Position numbers and translations under genes: made by a program. DNA of 64,000 bases. Source: a virus. Positions 49,261-58,807 of the stretch are shown here, piece after piece. Positions within the stretch are counted from its first letter, which is position 1; the number at the start of each line of letters is the position of its first letter. Location: positions 1 to 64,000 of IMG/VR virus record IMGVR_UViG_3300037458_001730; one strand, given 5' to 3'. The notes under the pieces were generated by a model. The model made no database searches, was not told the origin of the DNA, and saw only the letters and a list, made by a program, of their open reading frames with translations.

Positions 49261-50060
49261 GTAATAAATTCTTTGATTTTGTTTTCTAATCTATCGCTAA
49301 TTGTAAAGAATTTTTTTGACAATTCAAAGTTCTCTTCTACATATTTTAATTTTTCAAAATATGTGTCTGGTTTTAAATCATTGCAAGCTTTAACTATATC
49401 CTCCAGGTTGTTTACCATTATAATCCCGTTCATATTAAACCAATCTCCTATGTTTGGGCACCCGTAATAAATTGGTATTGTTTTTGTTCTTAAGCAATCA
49501 ATAAATTTTTCAGAAAACCAGTTTTTTCTTTTTGTATTTTCTATACAAATATGAAATTGACTATTAAATAGAGGATTTTTCTCTTTTCCTAAAACTGGGT
49601 TGTTATTATAGTTTTCTATATCACTTAATACACCACTTAAGAAAAATCTTGTTTTTATGTTTTTTATTCTGTTTTCTTTAAACCAAAGCTTTTGTCTTAA
49701 ATAGTGGCCCTCTGCATAAAGTTTACTACCAACTAAAGTAGAAACACTAAATTCTTTCTCTGGAAAATCGTATTCTTTTATCCATGTGCACCCTATTTCG
49801 AAAAGATGAGCTTTATCGCCACAGTTTTCAAGTAGAAAATCATTGTGAGTAAATACATGATCAAAAAAATTGTTTTTTAAACCCTCAATTACATCTTTGT
49901 TTAAATTCAAAATTTCTTGAGGTTCAAAAAGTAAAATAAATCTTATCGTGTCCTTTGGAGTAACACTTTGCGGCAAACAGTCAACATATAATTCAATTTG
50001 TTTTTCGTGGTACAAATCAAATTTTAAATCCCAATAACAATATATTCTAATGTTTTTCAT
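49257..50060 (-). CDS. GT10-like (alpha-1,3/4-fucosyltransferase motif) glycosyltransferase
   Basis: FHICIEN...WFSEKFIDC...TIPIYYG. Confidence 0.8.
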   Translation of the reverse strand: MKNIRIYCYWDLKFDLYHEKQIELYVDCLPQSVTPKDTIRFILLFEPQEILNLNKDVIEGLKNNFFDHVFTHNDFLLENCGDKAHLFEIGCTWIKEYDFPEKEFSVSTLVGSKLYAEGHYLRQKLWFKENRIKNIKTRFFLSGVLSDIENYNNNPVLGKEKNPLFNSQFHICIENTKRKNWFSEKFIDCLRTKTIPIYYGCPNIGDWFNMNGIIMVNNLEDIVKACNDLKPDTYFEKLKYVEENFELSKKFFTISDRLENKIKEFIT

Positions 50061-50063
50061 TTT

Positions 50064-50945
50064 TTAAAACTCTTTTTTTATTTTTTCATAAATTTCATTG
50101 TCATATGGATAATCAATTTCTTCATTATAAAATAATTTAACATAAAGTGAATATCTTTTTTTTGCCCATTCAGCATAAGAATCTGGAACACTTCCGTTTC
50201 CGTTTAAATAAAAATTCATACCAGATCCAACACCAGCAAAGTGTATAAATTTTTTTCCAAAATCAAACATCATATTTAGTTCTGGATAAAAATTTGTCCA
50301 GACCCCATTTTCATCAGATGAACCATAATCTTCAGAAGTTAAATATTTTATTTTACCTCCGTTATATAATATTGAAAAAGAAATTGGGTCAAAAAAATCT
50401 AAAATCGGATGTTTATGTGGGTTATGATAACCAACAACCATGTAATGAAGTGTGTTAAAATCTACTTTTGGCAATTTGTCCAACTTCATACCAAAAAAAC
50501 AAGTTCCAACAACATCTGAAATACCTTTTAAATCATCTCTGTTGCATCTGTTTTTTTCATAAGACCTTCTTTGTCCAACTAAATCAAAGCCTTCGTTAAA
50601 GCCATTTTGAATATCTGAAACACATTCGCCTCTGAAAAACACATCACTATCAAAATGTATTATTTTAGAATACTCACCATATTCTTTGTTTAGAACTTTT
50701 GCTACTATATAAGCTGTGCCAAGGTGGCCATTTTTATAATATTCCTTTAATTGTACGTCCGATGAAAGCTCTATAAATTCTAAGTTTTCGTTAAACTGTT
50801 TTAATTCTTTAAAATCCTTAGCTGTTCCAAAAACATGAACTTTTAAATCTGGGTGAAATTTTAAAAAGCTCTCAAGTGCCTTTTTCAAAATTTTGCCACA
50901 ATTGTAACATATAGTAAAAATAAATATATCCTGCTCTTTATTCAT
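50064..50945 (-). CDS. GT-A fold glycosyltransferase-like protein
   Basis: IIHFDSDVFF (DxD), C-terminal IHFAG. Confidence 0.6.
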   Translation of the reverse strand: MNKEQDIFIFTICYNCGKILKKALESFLKFHPDLKVHVFGTAKDFKELKQFNENLEFIELSSDVQLKEYYKNGHLGTAYIVAKVLNKEYGEYSKIIHFDSDVFFRGECVSDIQNGFNEGFDLVGQRRSYEKNRCNRDDLKGISDVVGTCFFGMKLDKLPKVDFNTLHYMVVGYHNPHKHPILDFFDPISFSILYNGGKIKYLTSEDYGSSDENGVWTNFYPELNMMFDFGKKFIHFAGVGSGMNFYLNGNGSVPDSYAEWAKKRYSLYVKLFYNEEIDYPYDNEIYEKIKKEF

Positions 50946-51699
50946 AAAGTTTTTCTAATGTTTCATATGGTTTTCTTCCCCGAAGAAGCTGTTCTATCCT
51001 ATTTATTTCTGATTGATTTTGTTTAGATTCATTCATAGGGTTTTCTCTGTTGTATACATATAATATATCTGGTATATATCTACTTTTGTTTACACCACAC
51101 ATTTCTAACATTGGAAATTGAAATGATAGATCTGGAGCGTAAGAAACAAAATCGTTTGTAGCTGGGTCTTTCATGTCTTCTACTTTTATTTTTAAAAACA
51201 ATTCTCTTCTAAAAGTTCTTAAATGAGAAGCTAACCACTGATGTTTTCTAAATGTTTTATTTTGTCTGACATCTAAAGGATATTCGTGGTATATATGACT
51301 TACGCTAGCATATGGATATTCCTCATATGTGCCATAAGTCATCCAGCAGTCCGTTTTTTCATATTCAGAATTAACTCTGTGTAAAACATTTTCATGAGGA
51401 AACCAATCATCTCCATCCATTGTGATTATAATAGAATTTTCTTTAGACATTTCTGTTCCAATTCTTATATTTTCACCTTGATATTTTCTTTTTTCGTTTT
51501 GAATTACTCTGATATTATTATGTGTTTTCTCATATTCTTTAGCTTTTTCATAAGTGCCATCATCAGAACAGGCATCAATAAATATCACCTCAAAATCTGG
51601 GTAATCTTGAGATAAACTACTTGTTAAACACTTATCAACATATTTAACTGCATTTCTAGTGCTTATTACAATTGATATGTGGTTAATCTTTTTTGCCAT
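50938..51699 (-). CDS. GT2 glycosyltransferase
   Basis: SIVISTRN, IDACSDD, DGDDW, SHLRTF, YVYN. Confidence 0.9.
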   Translation of the reverse strand: MAKKINHISIVISTRNAVKYVDKCLTSSLSQDYPDFEVIFIDACSDDGTYEKAKEYEKTHNNIRVIQNEKRKYQGENIRIGTEMSKENSIIITMDGDDWFPHENVLHRVNSEYEKTDCWMTYGTYEEYPYASVSHIYHEYPLDVRQNKTFRKHQWLASHLRTFRRELFLKIKVEDMKDPATNDFVSYAPDLSFQFPMLEMCGVNKSRYIPDILYVYNRENPMNESKQNQSEINRIEQLLRGRKPYETLEKLYE

Positions 51700-52573
51700 A
51701 TAAGTTTTCCTTCATAATATTATATGTCTTTGTAAAACCTTCTCTTAGTGAGTATTTAGGTTTCCAATCAGTTAGTTTTTGTAAAAGTGAAATATCTGCA
51801 ACAAATTCCATTACACCAGTTACTTTTTTGTTTAAAGAAGTAATTTTTTTACCAGAAATTTCTTCTATTATTTTACATATATCCTCTATTGAGGACATTG
51901 TGCCGCTTCCAAGATTAACATTTCCAGTATAATCTGTTTCTAAAAGTTTTACAATTGCACTAGCTGCATCTGTGGTAAAAATAAAATCTCTTTTTGGTTC
52001 CATACTCCAAACCGTTGGGTTTGGTTTTGTTAGAACATCGTGTATAAGAGTTGGGACCAAGTCTGGTCTAATCAAAGTTGTGTCTCCGTATATATTGCAA
52101 AGTCTAATATTAATAATTGGTATTTTTTCTTTGTAAAATTCAACAACTTGTTCTGCTAGATATTTGCTAAAAATATATTCATTCTGATATGGATATATTT
52201 CATCTTGCTCGTTAACTGGTCTTCCTTTCGGTTTGTCACCATACAATAAAATACTTGTGAAACAAACAAATTTGTTTATTTTTCTGTTTTGAAGATAGTG
52301 AAGTATTTTTTTTAATGGAATAACATTATATTCCATACCCATCATACAACTAGAGTTGATTTCGTGGTGGTTTGAATTGCCGATTAAAAAAACAACATTA
52401 TCAAATTCTACATCGTCTAACAGATGTAAACTATCCATGTTTGGTATATCTATATGCCTGTTTTTAATATCTGGACCAGGATGATTTCTTCCAGCAGAAA
52501 TAATATCTGGATATTCTCTTAGAAAAATATGCCCTAAAAAACCACTTCCACCGAACAATAATGTTTTTTTCAT
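51683..52573 (-). CDS. NAD-dependent epimerase/dehydratase (extended SDR)
   Basis: GGSGFLG, YIFSK (YxxxK), RLCNIYG, RDFI. Confidence 0.88.
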   Translation of the reverse strand: MKKTLLFGGSGFLGHIFLREYPDIISAGRNHPGPDIKNRHIDIPNMDSLHLLDDVEFDNVVFLIGNSNHHEINSSCMMGMEYNVIPLKKILHYLQNRKINKFVCFTSILLYGDKPKGRPVNEQDEIYPYQNEYIFSKYLAEQVVEFYKEKIPIINIRLCNIYGDTTLIRPDLVPTLIHDVLTKPNPTVWSMEPKRDFIFTTDAASAIVKLLETDYTGNVNLGSGTMSSIEDICKIIEEISGKKITSLNKKVTGVMEFVADISLLQKLTDWKPKYSLREGFTKTYNIMKENLYGKKD

Positions 52574-54318
52574 ATACTTTTTTGATTTATAATTTGTTTG
52601 AAATAATTATGCCACATATAATCTTCAGGTATAACATATTTCTTGGCAGTTTCGAAATTCTCTTTAATTGCGTCCATTTTAGAAATATAAAAATTTTCAT
52701 CACATTTATCAAGAATAGATGATAATTCTGAGGCATTATTAAAATTGATTATTCCATCTATATTAAAATACTTACCTATATTTCCACCGCACCCCCAATA
52801 TATTGGCACTGTGCCAGTCATTATACAATCAATTAATTTTTCACTAAATAAATCAGGGCAATTATCTTGCTCTATAACAATTGAAAATCTATAGTCTCTT
52901 AAAGCTTCTATTTTATTTTGTACGAATTTGTATCCGCCGCCATAAAGATCATCTATTTTGCTTCTGTATAAATCAATAACTTCATGTCTCAATTTATGTC
53001 CAGAGGTTGTTTTTTTTATGGATGCTATTATTGAAATGTTTTTTGTTTTTTCATGTATTTTTTGATCTTCTTTTAAAATCCAGCACCCACCAAAAACATA
53101 ATACTTAAATTTTTCTGGGTTTAAATTAATAAGTTCTTGATTAAAAGTTAAAATATATTCAAATTTGTTATAATTTTCTGGTTGTCTGATATATTCATAT
53201 GGTTTCATATTGCTACCAGGCGCTTCAATTATAAAACCAATTTTGTGCTTTTCTTTGTATAAATCTACGCTGGACAACATATCTTCTGAAAAAACAACAA
53301 GATCGTTTATGTTTTCATTACCTCTATACCAATCAAAATTTTCTGGTGGTATTTGTAAATCTCCAGTACCGAAACTTTTACCATGAGCGAATTGGTTGTC
53401 TACAAGCTTTATTTTAACTTTTTCCATTTTATTGGTGTTGAATTCTTTTAGGATATCTGATTTTTTATTTATAAACAAAATCTTTTCACCATCCTCACTA
53501 TTTTCAAAAGCATGATAAATGCGTTTCATTTCATCAATTTTTGGGTTGTCGTAATAAGTTGGTCTATGATTCATGTGAAATATATCAATTTGAGGATTGT
53601 CACAAATATCCATTTTGCTTATAGCGTCAATTTTTTTCCAAAAAAAAGAATCTTCTGGAGCATTTGCCTGGAAAAGTTCTGGATCGTATCCACCAACATT
53701 AAAAAACAACTCCCTTTCAACATAAATAGAGCCACCAGGTGCGCCAATATAATATGGCAAACTAATACCTGGGTTTCCCAACTTTAGGCTATCTATATCA
53801 ATTTCTTTTTTTAAAACCGAATTGGTTAAATTTTCATCTAAATATAAAACTCTTCTACCGTGAAAACATTGTATTGCTTTTGAAGATTTGCTTTTAATGT
53901 TTTTTAAAAGCTTTTCAAAGAAATCGCTCTGTATTAAACAGTCTATGTCGTGAAATAAATATGATTTTGATATAACTGAAAATAAAGCTCCAAAATTTAA
54001 ACAAAGACACTTGTTGAATAGTTGGTTTTCTTCAGATTTTATCCAGATATAATTTATTTTGTTTTTTTTACAAAATTTTGAGTGTTCTGGTATGTGAGAA
54101 AACTCAACAACAGTATAAGATATTTTAAGATCAACATTAGATGCAGCTTTACAAAAACTGCTATACATAGCATCAGCAAAATTAATTCTGCCGCGAACAG
54201 GTACAATAAAGTTTATATCAAAAACAGTTTTTGTGTCGTATATAATTATAATGCTGTCATCTTTTATGACATTATAATTTATTTTACCTTTTTCTAGAAA
54301 ACTATATATTTCTTTCAT
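52570..54318 (-). CDS. Bifunctional glycosyltransferase: GT2/GT7-like plus GT10-like
   Basis: VPVRGR, FNK, FHDID, GGYD...ED (GT7-C like); C-terminal half has YRFSIVIE...SEKLIDC..TGTVPIYWG. Confidence 0.8.
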   Translation of the reverse strand: MKEIYSFLEKGKINYNVIKDDSIIIIYDTKTVFDINFIVPVRGRINFADAMYSSFCKAASNVDLKISYTVVEFSHIPEHSKFCKKNKINYIWIKSEENQLFNKCLCLNFGALFSVISKSYLFHDIDCLIQSDFFEKLLKNIKSKSSKAIQCFHGRRVLYLDENLTNSVLKKEIDIDSLKLGNPGISLPYYIGAPGGSIYVERELFFNVGGYDPELFQANAPEDSFFWKKIDAISKMDICDNPQIDIFHMNHRPTYYDNPKIDEMKRIYHAFENSEDGEKILFINKKSDILKEFNTNKMEKVKIKLVDNQFAHGKSFGTGDLQIPPENFDWYRGNENINDLVVFSEDMLSSVDLYKEKHKIGFIIEAPGSNMKPYEYIRQPENYNKFEYILTFNQELINLNPEKFKYYVFGGCWILKEDQKIHEKTKNISIIASIKKTTSGHKLRHEVIDLYRSKIDDLYGGGYKFVQNKIEALRDYRFSIVIEQDNCPDLFSEKLIDCIMTGTVPIYWGCGGNIGKYFNIDGIINFNNASELSSILDKCDENFYISKMDAIKENFETAKKYVIPEDYMWHNYFKQIINQKSI

Positions 54319-55067
54319 TATTTGTAAGAGCTTATTGGCTGCAAATTTGGTTTATTACTTACCTCTTGATGTACGGCCCACTGCCAAGCTTGGTCCACCT
54401 TGTCTTCTGAAATTGGGTTACTTCTGTTATAGATATACAAAATTTCGTCTACAAATTTTGCCTTTTCATATGGCGTTAAGTTTAACAAACAAAACATCAT
54501 TGCTGTGTCATAACTCATACGATAAAATTTCCCCTCTTTATCTTTTAATCTGCTGAAATTTGGGTCTTGTTCTTTTATTTTTTGGTAAACTCCAGCTCTC
54601 CAAGTTCTTAAGTGTGATATTTTAAACGGAGCCTTTCTCACATTAGCGTATTCTTCTGGTGTATAAAAAGTGGCAAAACCACGTCTACCATCAGTCCATG
54701 ATGCTTGCCCCCAGGTAACCCAACAATCGTTTTCATTATATATATCATTAACTCTAGATAAAACATTTCTGGTTGGAAACCAATCATCCCCATCAAGTAT
54801 AACTACAATATCATCTTTTTCACAATGATCCATAACAGCGATATGAATGTTTTCAAGAGCTGTTTTTCTTTCTGTGTTCCGCATTATTTTAACGCGAGAG
54901 TCATCTTTGGGTAATTTATCATAAGAACCATCAGTTGAACAGTCGTCAATAAAAATAACTTCAAAGTTTTCATATTTTTGACTCATAATTGATGCGATGC
55001 ATTTTTCTAAGAATTCACCTGGGTTATAAAATGGTGTAATTACCTTAATCTTGTTTTTCATATTCAA
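54318..55067 (-). CDS. GT2 glycosyltransferase
   Basis: ITPFYN, IDDCSTD, LDGDDW, SHLRTW; paralog of 50938-51699. Confidence 0.9.
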   Translation of the reverse strand: MNMKNKIKVITPFYNPGEFLEKCIASIMSQKYENFEVIFIDDCSTDGSYDKLPKDDSRVKIMRNTERKTALENIHIAVMDHCEKDDIVVILDGDDWFPTRNVLSRVNDIYNENDCWVTWGQASWTDGRRGFATFYTPEEYANVRKAPFKISHLRTWRAGVYQKIKEQDPNFSRLKDKEGKFYRMSYDTAMMFCLLNLTPYEKAKFVDEILYIYNRSNPISEDKVDQAWQWAVHQEVSNKPNLQPISSYK

Positions 55068-55653
55068 TTTTGTTTATTATTTTTTCAAGTTTTAAAATTA
55101 GCTCTTTTTCTATTTTTTCTTCAACTTTAAAAGTTGGATAAATACACTCTATTCTGGAACATGTTGATTCTGGGTCTGCAAGATATAAAAATGTAAAACC
55201 AGGTATCTGTATTGTTTCAGATAGTTTTTTTACTATATCTGGAATATCTTTTGGATCTGCGTTTTTGACTGCAATATAAACAGCGACCAATATTTGGTCT
55301 TGAATTGGTGTTAATAAATTTAACAACCTGGTCTTTTCTTTTTGAGACTCTTCAAGCAATCTTTTGTATTCAAGTTTTAATTTTATTCCTGGGGTCGGTA
55401 AATCACCGTCATATTTACCTCTTATCATACTAAGTGTTTCTTTGCATAAAGCATAAAAAAAACACTCAATCCAATAATCTCTCATTGATTCTAGTTTGTT
55501 TTCTTCAATCTTTGAGGCGTTTGAATATGTTTTCCACTGGGATTTAGCTACATCTAAAATATCTTTAAAAGACTCATAAGTAATTTCAACATTTACAGTT
55601 GGTTCTCCAAGTAAGCTTTTTGCTTTTTCTATAATGCTTTTAATTTCTAACAT
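55045..55653 (-). CDS. Short neck-protein (T4 gp13)-like protein with an extra C-terminal domain
   Basis: LGEPTVNVEI and WI...ALCKE.L..IRGKY...PG..L....L..E motifs. Confidence 0.55.
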   Translation of the reverse strand: MLEIKSIIEKAKSLLGEPTVNVEITYESFKDILDVAKSQWKTYSNASKIEENKLESMRDYWIECFFYALCKETLSMIRGKYDGDLPTPGIKLKLEYKRLLEESQKEKTRLLNLLTPIQDQILVAVYIAVKNADPKDIPDIVKKLSETIQIPGFTFLYLADPESTCSRIECIYPTFKVEEKIEKELILKLEKIINKIEYEKQD

Positions 55654-55655
55654 TG

Positions 55656-56288
55656 TTATTTGTTTTTTATTGTTTGTTCTACGCTGTTTATGTTAGAAAA
55701 ATCTAGTTCATCTAACACTGGAAAATCTGGGGTTGATACATCTTTTACATTTACTAAAACACTTTGTTTGTAAGAAGCCATCTTTTCTCTTGGTAGAAAC
55801 TCAAAGATTTGAAGACCTTCTTCGAGTTTTGATGGGTTGGTGAACGGGACTTTTTTTATTAGTTTTAAAAGTTCTTTTGTTCTAAATATATGGCCATTTA
55901 TAGATAAGGGAAAGCCAAAATCTAAATAATGTTTGGACCATTCCCATTTCATAATATTACCTGTTATTTCCTGGCCATGTAAGTTATTAACCATTTCAAA
56001 AAGACTGCAATAAGTTGTGTTTTCTCCAAGTCTAAGAGAAAAACAAATTACATCATCATCAGATAACGCGTTAACAATATCTTCTTCTTGTATCTTGTTG
56101 AAAAGAATATTGCTTTTTGTAAAAAGAGCTGTGTGTTCTTTGTCGCTATCTATGGCTTTTAAAACATCTTCTTTAAAGTTAGGCGTATTTTTAATTTCTG
56201 TGCATTGAAAAATTCCTTTAGCGTTTTTTTCTAAACTTTCTAAAAACAAACCGTAATTATCTTCTCCAAAAACAACAGCGTTTATCAT
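55656..56288 (-). CDS. Glycosyltransferase-like protein (degenerate GT-A)
   Basis: FSLRLG, FGFPLSINGHIF, NP..LE; no DxD/DD motif visible. Confidence 0.45.
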   Translation of the reverse strand: MINAVVFGEDNYGLFLESLEKNAKGIFQCTEIKNTPNFKEDVLKAIDSDKEHTALFTKSNILFNKIQEEDIVNALSDDDVICFSLRLGENTTYCSLFEMVNNLHGQEITGNIMKWEWSKHYLDFGFPLSINGHIFRTKELLKLIKKVPFTNPSKLEEGLQIFEFLPREKMASYKQSVLVNVKDVSTPDFPVLDELDFSNINSVEQTIKNK

Positions 56289-56593
56289 GCAATAAGTTTT
56301 AAAATATCTTCCTTTGTTTTTAAACCAACAAATTTATTCACGATTTCTCCGCTTTTAAATATGTAAACGGTTGGAATGCTTCTTATACCGTATTGCATTG
56401 ATAGATCTGAGTTGCTATCTACATCTACTTTTACAATCTGTAGTTCTGGATTTTCCTCGGCTATCTTGTCGAGTATTGGACTTAATGTCCTGCATGGACC
56501 ACACCATGTTGCCCAAAAATCTACGATAGTTATCTTTTCGCTTGAAATTAGGTCTTTAAAATTGTCATTTGTGCCTTCTTTTATATTTTCCAT
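56285..56593 (-). CDS. trxA: Thioredoxin
   Basis: VDFWATWCGPC, IRSIPT. Confidence 0.96.
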   Translation of the reverse strand: MENIKEGTNDNFKDLISSEKITIVDFWATWCGPCRTLSPILDKIAEENPELQIVKVDVDSNSDLSMQYGIRSIPTVYIFKSGEIVNKFVGLKTKEDILKLIA

Positions 56594-56701
56594 GAGTTTT
56601 CTGTTTTTTGATATATTTATTATTGTGTTATTGAGATAAAAAATATCTTAATAAAAGCGAAAAATCAAATTTTTTAGAATATTTATTAAAAAAGATTCAA
56701 T

Positions 56702-57061
56702 ATGCCAACTAAAAAAATAGGTCCTGAAACATTAAAAAAGGCCATAATCGAAGAAGCTCTTAGAGTAAAAAGAAAAGCAGAGATTTACCAAGAAGCTCTT
56801 AAATTAAATTCTGAGTTAGCTAAACTTAATGAAAACATGGGCATGATTGCAAGTTTTGGTTTTAAAACACCAAATGATGCTTCTAATCATACCAAAAATG
56901 GTTTTGTTAATGATAAAAATCTTGCTCACATAACAGATTTAGCCAAAGAAATGGCTGAAGAACCAAGCCTTCAAGAAGATGTTCTAAACGAAGTCGATAA
57001 ACTTAAAGAGGAGATCGCTAAGTTAAAACAAGAGAATGAGGAATTGAAAAACAAAAAATAA
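56702..57061 (+). CDS. Putative head-associated/scaffold-like protein
   Basis: LKKAIIEEA N-terminus, LNE/LQE motifs, coiled coil; TATTTAT upstream (56680-56686). Confidence 0.55.
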   Translation: MPTKKIGPETLKKAIIEEALRVKRKAEIYQEALKLNSELAKLNENMGMIASFGFKTPNDASNHTKNGFVNDKNLAHITDLAKEMAEEPSLQEDVLNEVDKLKEEIAKLKQENEELKNKK

Positions 57062-57088
57062 TTAACCACCCAATAGATTAAAAACATT

Positions 57089-57946
57089 ATGAAAATAACA
57101 AAAAAAGAAATAGACCAAATGATAAAGGAAGAATTCCAAAAAATGTGGAAAAAACGTACTTTATCTAAAAGATTAAGCGAAATTAATGAATCTCTTAGCC
57201 AAATGGAAAAAGAAGATTCTTTGTTAAGCGAGGTTGAAGCTAGCGGAATGCAAAAAACAAGTTCTGCAACTGGGTTGGTACCTGGAGAGCAACCTGGTGT
57301 TAAATTTGATAAATTGAATGCTACAACCTTAAAAGAAGACGGAGTAGAATCAGATGGTAACACTCTCGCTGATATGGGTCTTGATGTGGGTGTTGAAAAA
57401 CCTTCAGAAGTTGAAATGTCTATGGAAAAACCTGCTATGGGAGAATTTGAAGCTAAATTTGCTGAGTTAGGAAAATCTATTGATGCTAAATTAGCATCTG
57501 AAACAGGTGCTGATTCTGATTCAGAAGAAATAAGCGTTGATCTTGACAAAGATTCTGAGTCTGACGAATTTGAGGAAGTTGAAGTTGATTCTTCTTCTGA
57601 GGAAGGTTCTGAAAATGGAGAGTCTGGTGCTGAAGACACAGAAAAAGAAGAAGAAATTGATGAAACAAAAGTTGTTTCTGAAATGGAAAAAACTGAAGAG
57701 GAAGGCATAGAGGGAAAAAGTGTTGCTCAAGATGCTCCACTTAGCGAGCCAGATGGCGACATGAAAAAAGATACAGTTGTAAACGAAAGCGAAGAAAAAG
57801 AAGCTAAAGTTATCACAGAAGTATCTGCGCCTAAAAATAAAAATATTTTCTTAGAAGGTATAGATTCTGAAAAACAAGCTAAAATTTTAGCTGAACAAAA
57901 AAGAATGAGAAAATTTGCTGGATTAAGCAACGAAGACGAAGAATAA
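57089..57946 (+). CDS. Highly acidic putative prohead core/internal protein
   Basis: MKITKKEIDQMIKEE start, Glu/Asp-rich, many (L/I/V)xE motifs, C-terminal RMRKFAGL. Confidence 0.6.
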   Translation: MKITKKEIDQMIKEEFQKMWKKRTLSKRLSEINESLSQMEKEDSLLSEVEASGMQKTSSATGLVPGEQPGVKFDKLNATTLKEDGVESDGNTLADMGLDVGVEKPSEVEMSMEKPAMGEFEAKFAELGKSIDAKLASETGADSDSEEISVDLDKDSESDEFEEVEVDSSSEEGSENGESGAEDTEKEEEIDETKVVSEMEKTEEEGIEGKSVAQDAPLSEPDGDMKKDTVVNESEEKEAKVITEVSAPKNKNIFLEGIDSEKQAKILAEQKRMRKFAGLSNEDEE

Positions 57947-57948
57947 AA

Positions 57949-58620
57949 ATGAAAATTACAAATAAAGACCAACTTTTGGAATTTATTAGAAAAGAAAGCC
58001 TTAAGATATTAAATCAAGAGGCTTTTTCTTCTAATGAACAGGAGCTAGATGTTTTAACAGATTCTAAAATTGAAACAATTAAGGACAAGTTAAAAGATTT
58101 AGAAGATGGCTTTATTGATGTTAACGAAAAAAGACTTAGCAAGTTAGAAAAAGACGAAGATTCTGCTCGCGAAAAAGAGGAATACGTAGAACTTCAAAAA
58201 GTTAAAAAAGAGAAAGCTGTAGTTTTAGACAAATTAATACTTTCTTATCAAAAGAAAATAGAATATTTATCTCAAACAAGAGATATATTAAACAACGAAC
58301 TAAAAGAACTTGGTATAAAAGGAAGCAGTGTTTTTCAAAACAAGGAAATGAGCGAATTTGTAAACGACGAAAACGTTCCTAATAATACTGTTATTAAAAT
58401 AAACACAGTTAGTTCAGAACTTGTGTTGAAAAAGGTTTCAAACAATAGTTTTTTGGTAGTTTCAACAACAGCTCCAGGAGTTAAAAGTGGCGATATTGTT
58501 AAGTTGTCGCCATATTTAAAAGTTGGTTATCAGGCAAATATAGATATATTTAGAGATAATAAGCCGCTAACAAAATCAATAATAAACAATGTAACTAAGA
58601 TAACAAAAAACCCAAGCTAA
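57949..58620 (+). CDS. Putative head-associated protein
   Basis: MKITNKDQLLEFIRKES start; coiled coil plus beta-rich C-terminus. Confidence 0.55.
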   Translation: MKITNKDQLLEFIRKESLKILNQEAFSSNEQELDVLTDSKIETIKDKLKDLEDGFIDVNEKRLSKLEKDEDSAREKEEYVELQKVKKEKAVVLDKLILSYQKKIEYLSQTRDILNNELKELGIKGSSVFQNKEMSEFVNDENVPNNTVIKINTVSSELVLKKVSNNSFLVVSTTAPGVKSGDIVKLSPYLKVGYQANIDIFRDNKPLTKSIINNVTKITKNPS

Positions 58621-58633
58621 ACTTGGGTTTTTT
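58605..58633. terminator. Bidirectional intrinsic terminator
   Basis: aaaaaacccaag-ctaaa-cttgggtttttt between convergent genes. Confidence 0.8.
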
Positions 58634-58802
58634 ATTTTAAAAGTTCTCGGCCATCTTCTATGACAACTTTTTGATCTAATCTCTCTATGATGTCATTGGA
58701 GTTTGAACTTATTTTTTTTATCTGTTCTTTTGGCTCTTCTTTTTTATTTGGAGATATCAAATCTCTTGATGATGTCTTTTTATTTTTGGATTCTTCTAGC
58801 AT
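58632..58802 (-). CDS. Unannotated 56-aa protein with DQK...DGRE.L C-terminal motif
   Basis: Manual translation MLEESKNKKT...NDIIERLDQKVVIEDGRELLK*; below the track cutoff; motif shared with the upstream ORF. Confidence 0.75.
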   Translation of the reverse strand: MLEESKNKKTSSRDLISPNKKEEPKEQIKKISSNSNDIIERLDQKVVIEDGRELLK

Positions 58803-58807
58803 AATAT

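Noticed and set aside
40638-56593. Bacterial O-antigen locus or giant-virus origin for the window
   Set aside because: No wzx/wzy/initiating transferase; the island is continuous in style with the flanking gp6/gp25/gp5/gp55-like phage genes and contains a neck-like ORF.
56971-57972. Minus-strand Ser/Phe-rich ORFs (245, 84, 69, 81 aa)
   Set aside because: Antisense shadows of the Glu-rich plus-strand gene; the same applies to most short opposite-strand ORFs in the track.
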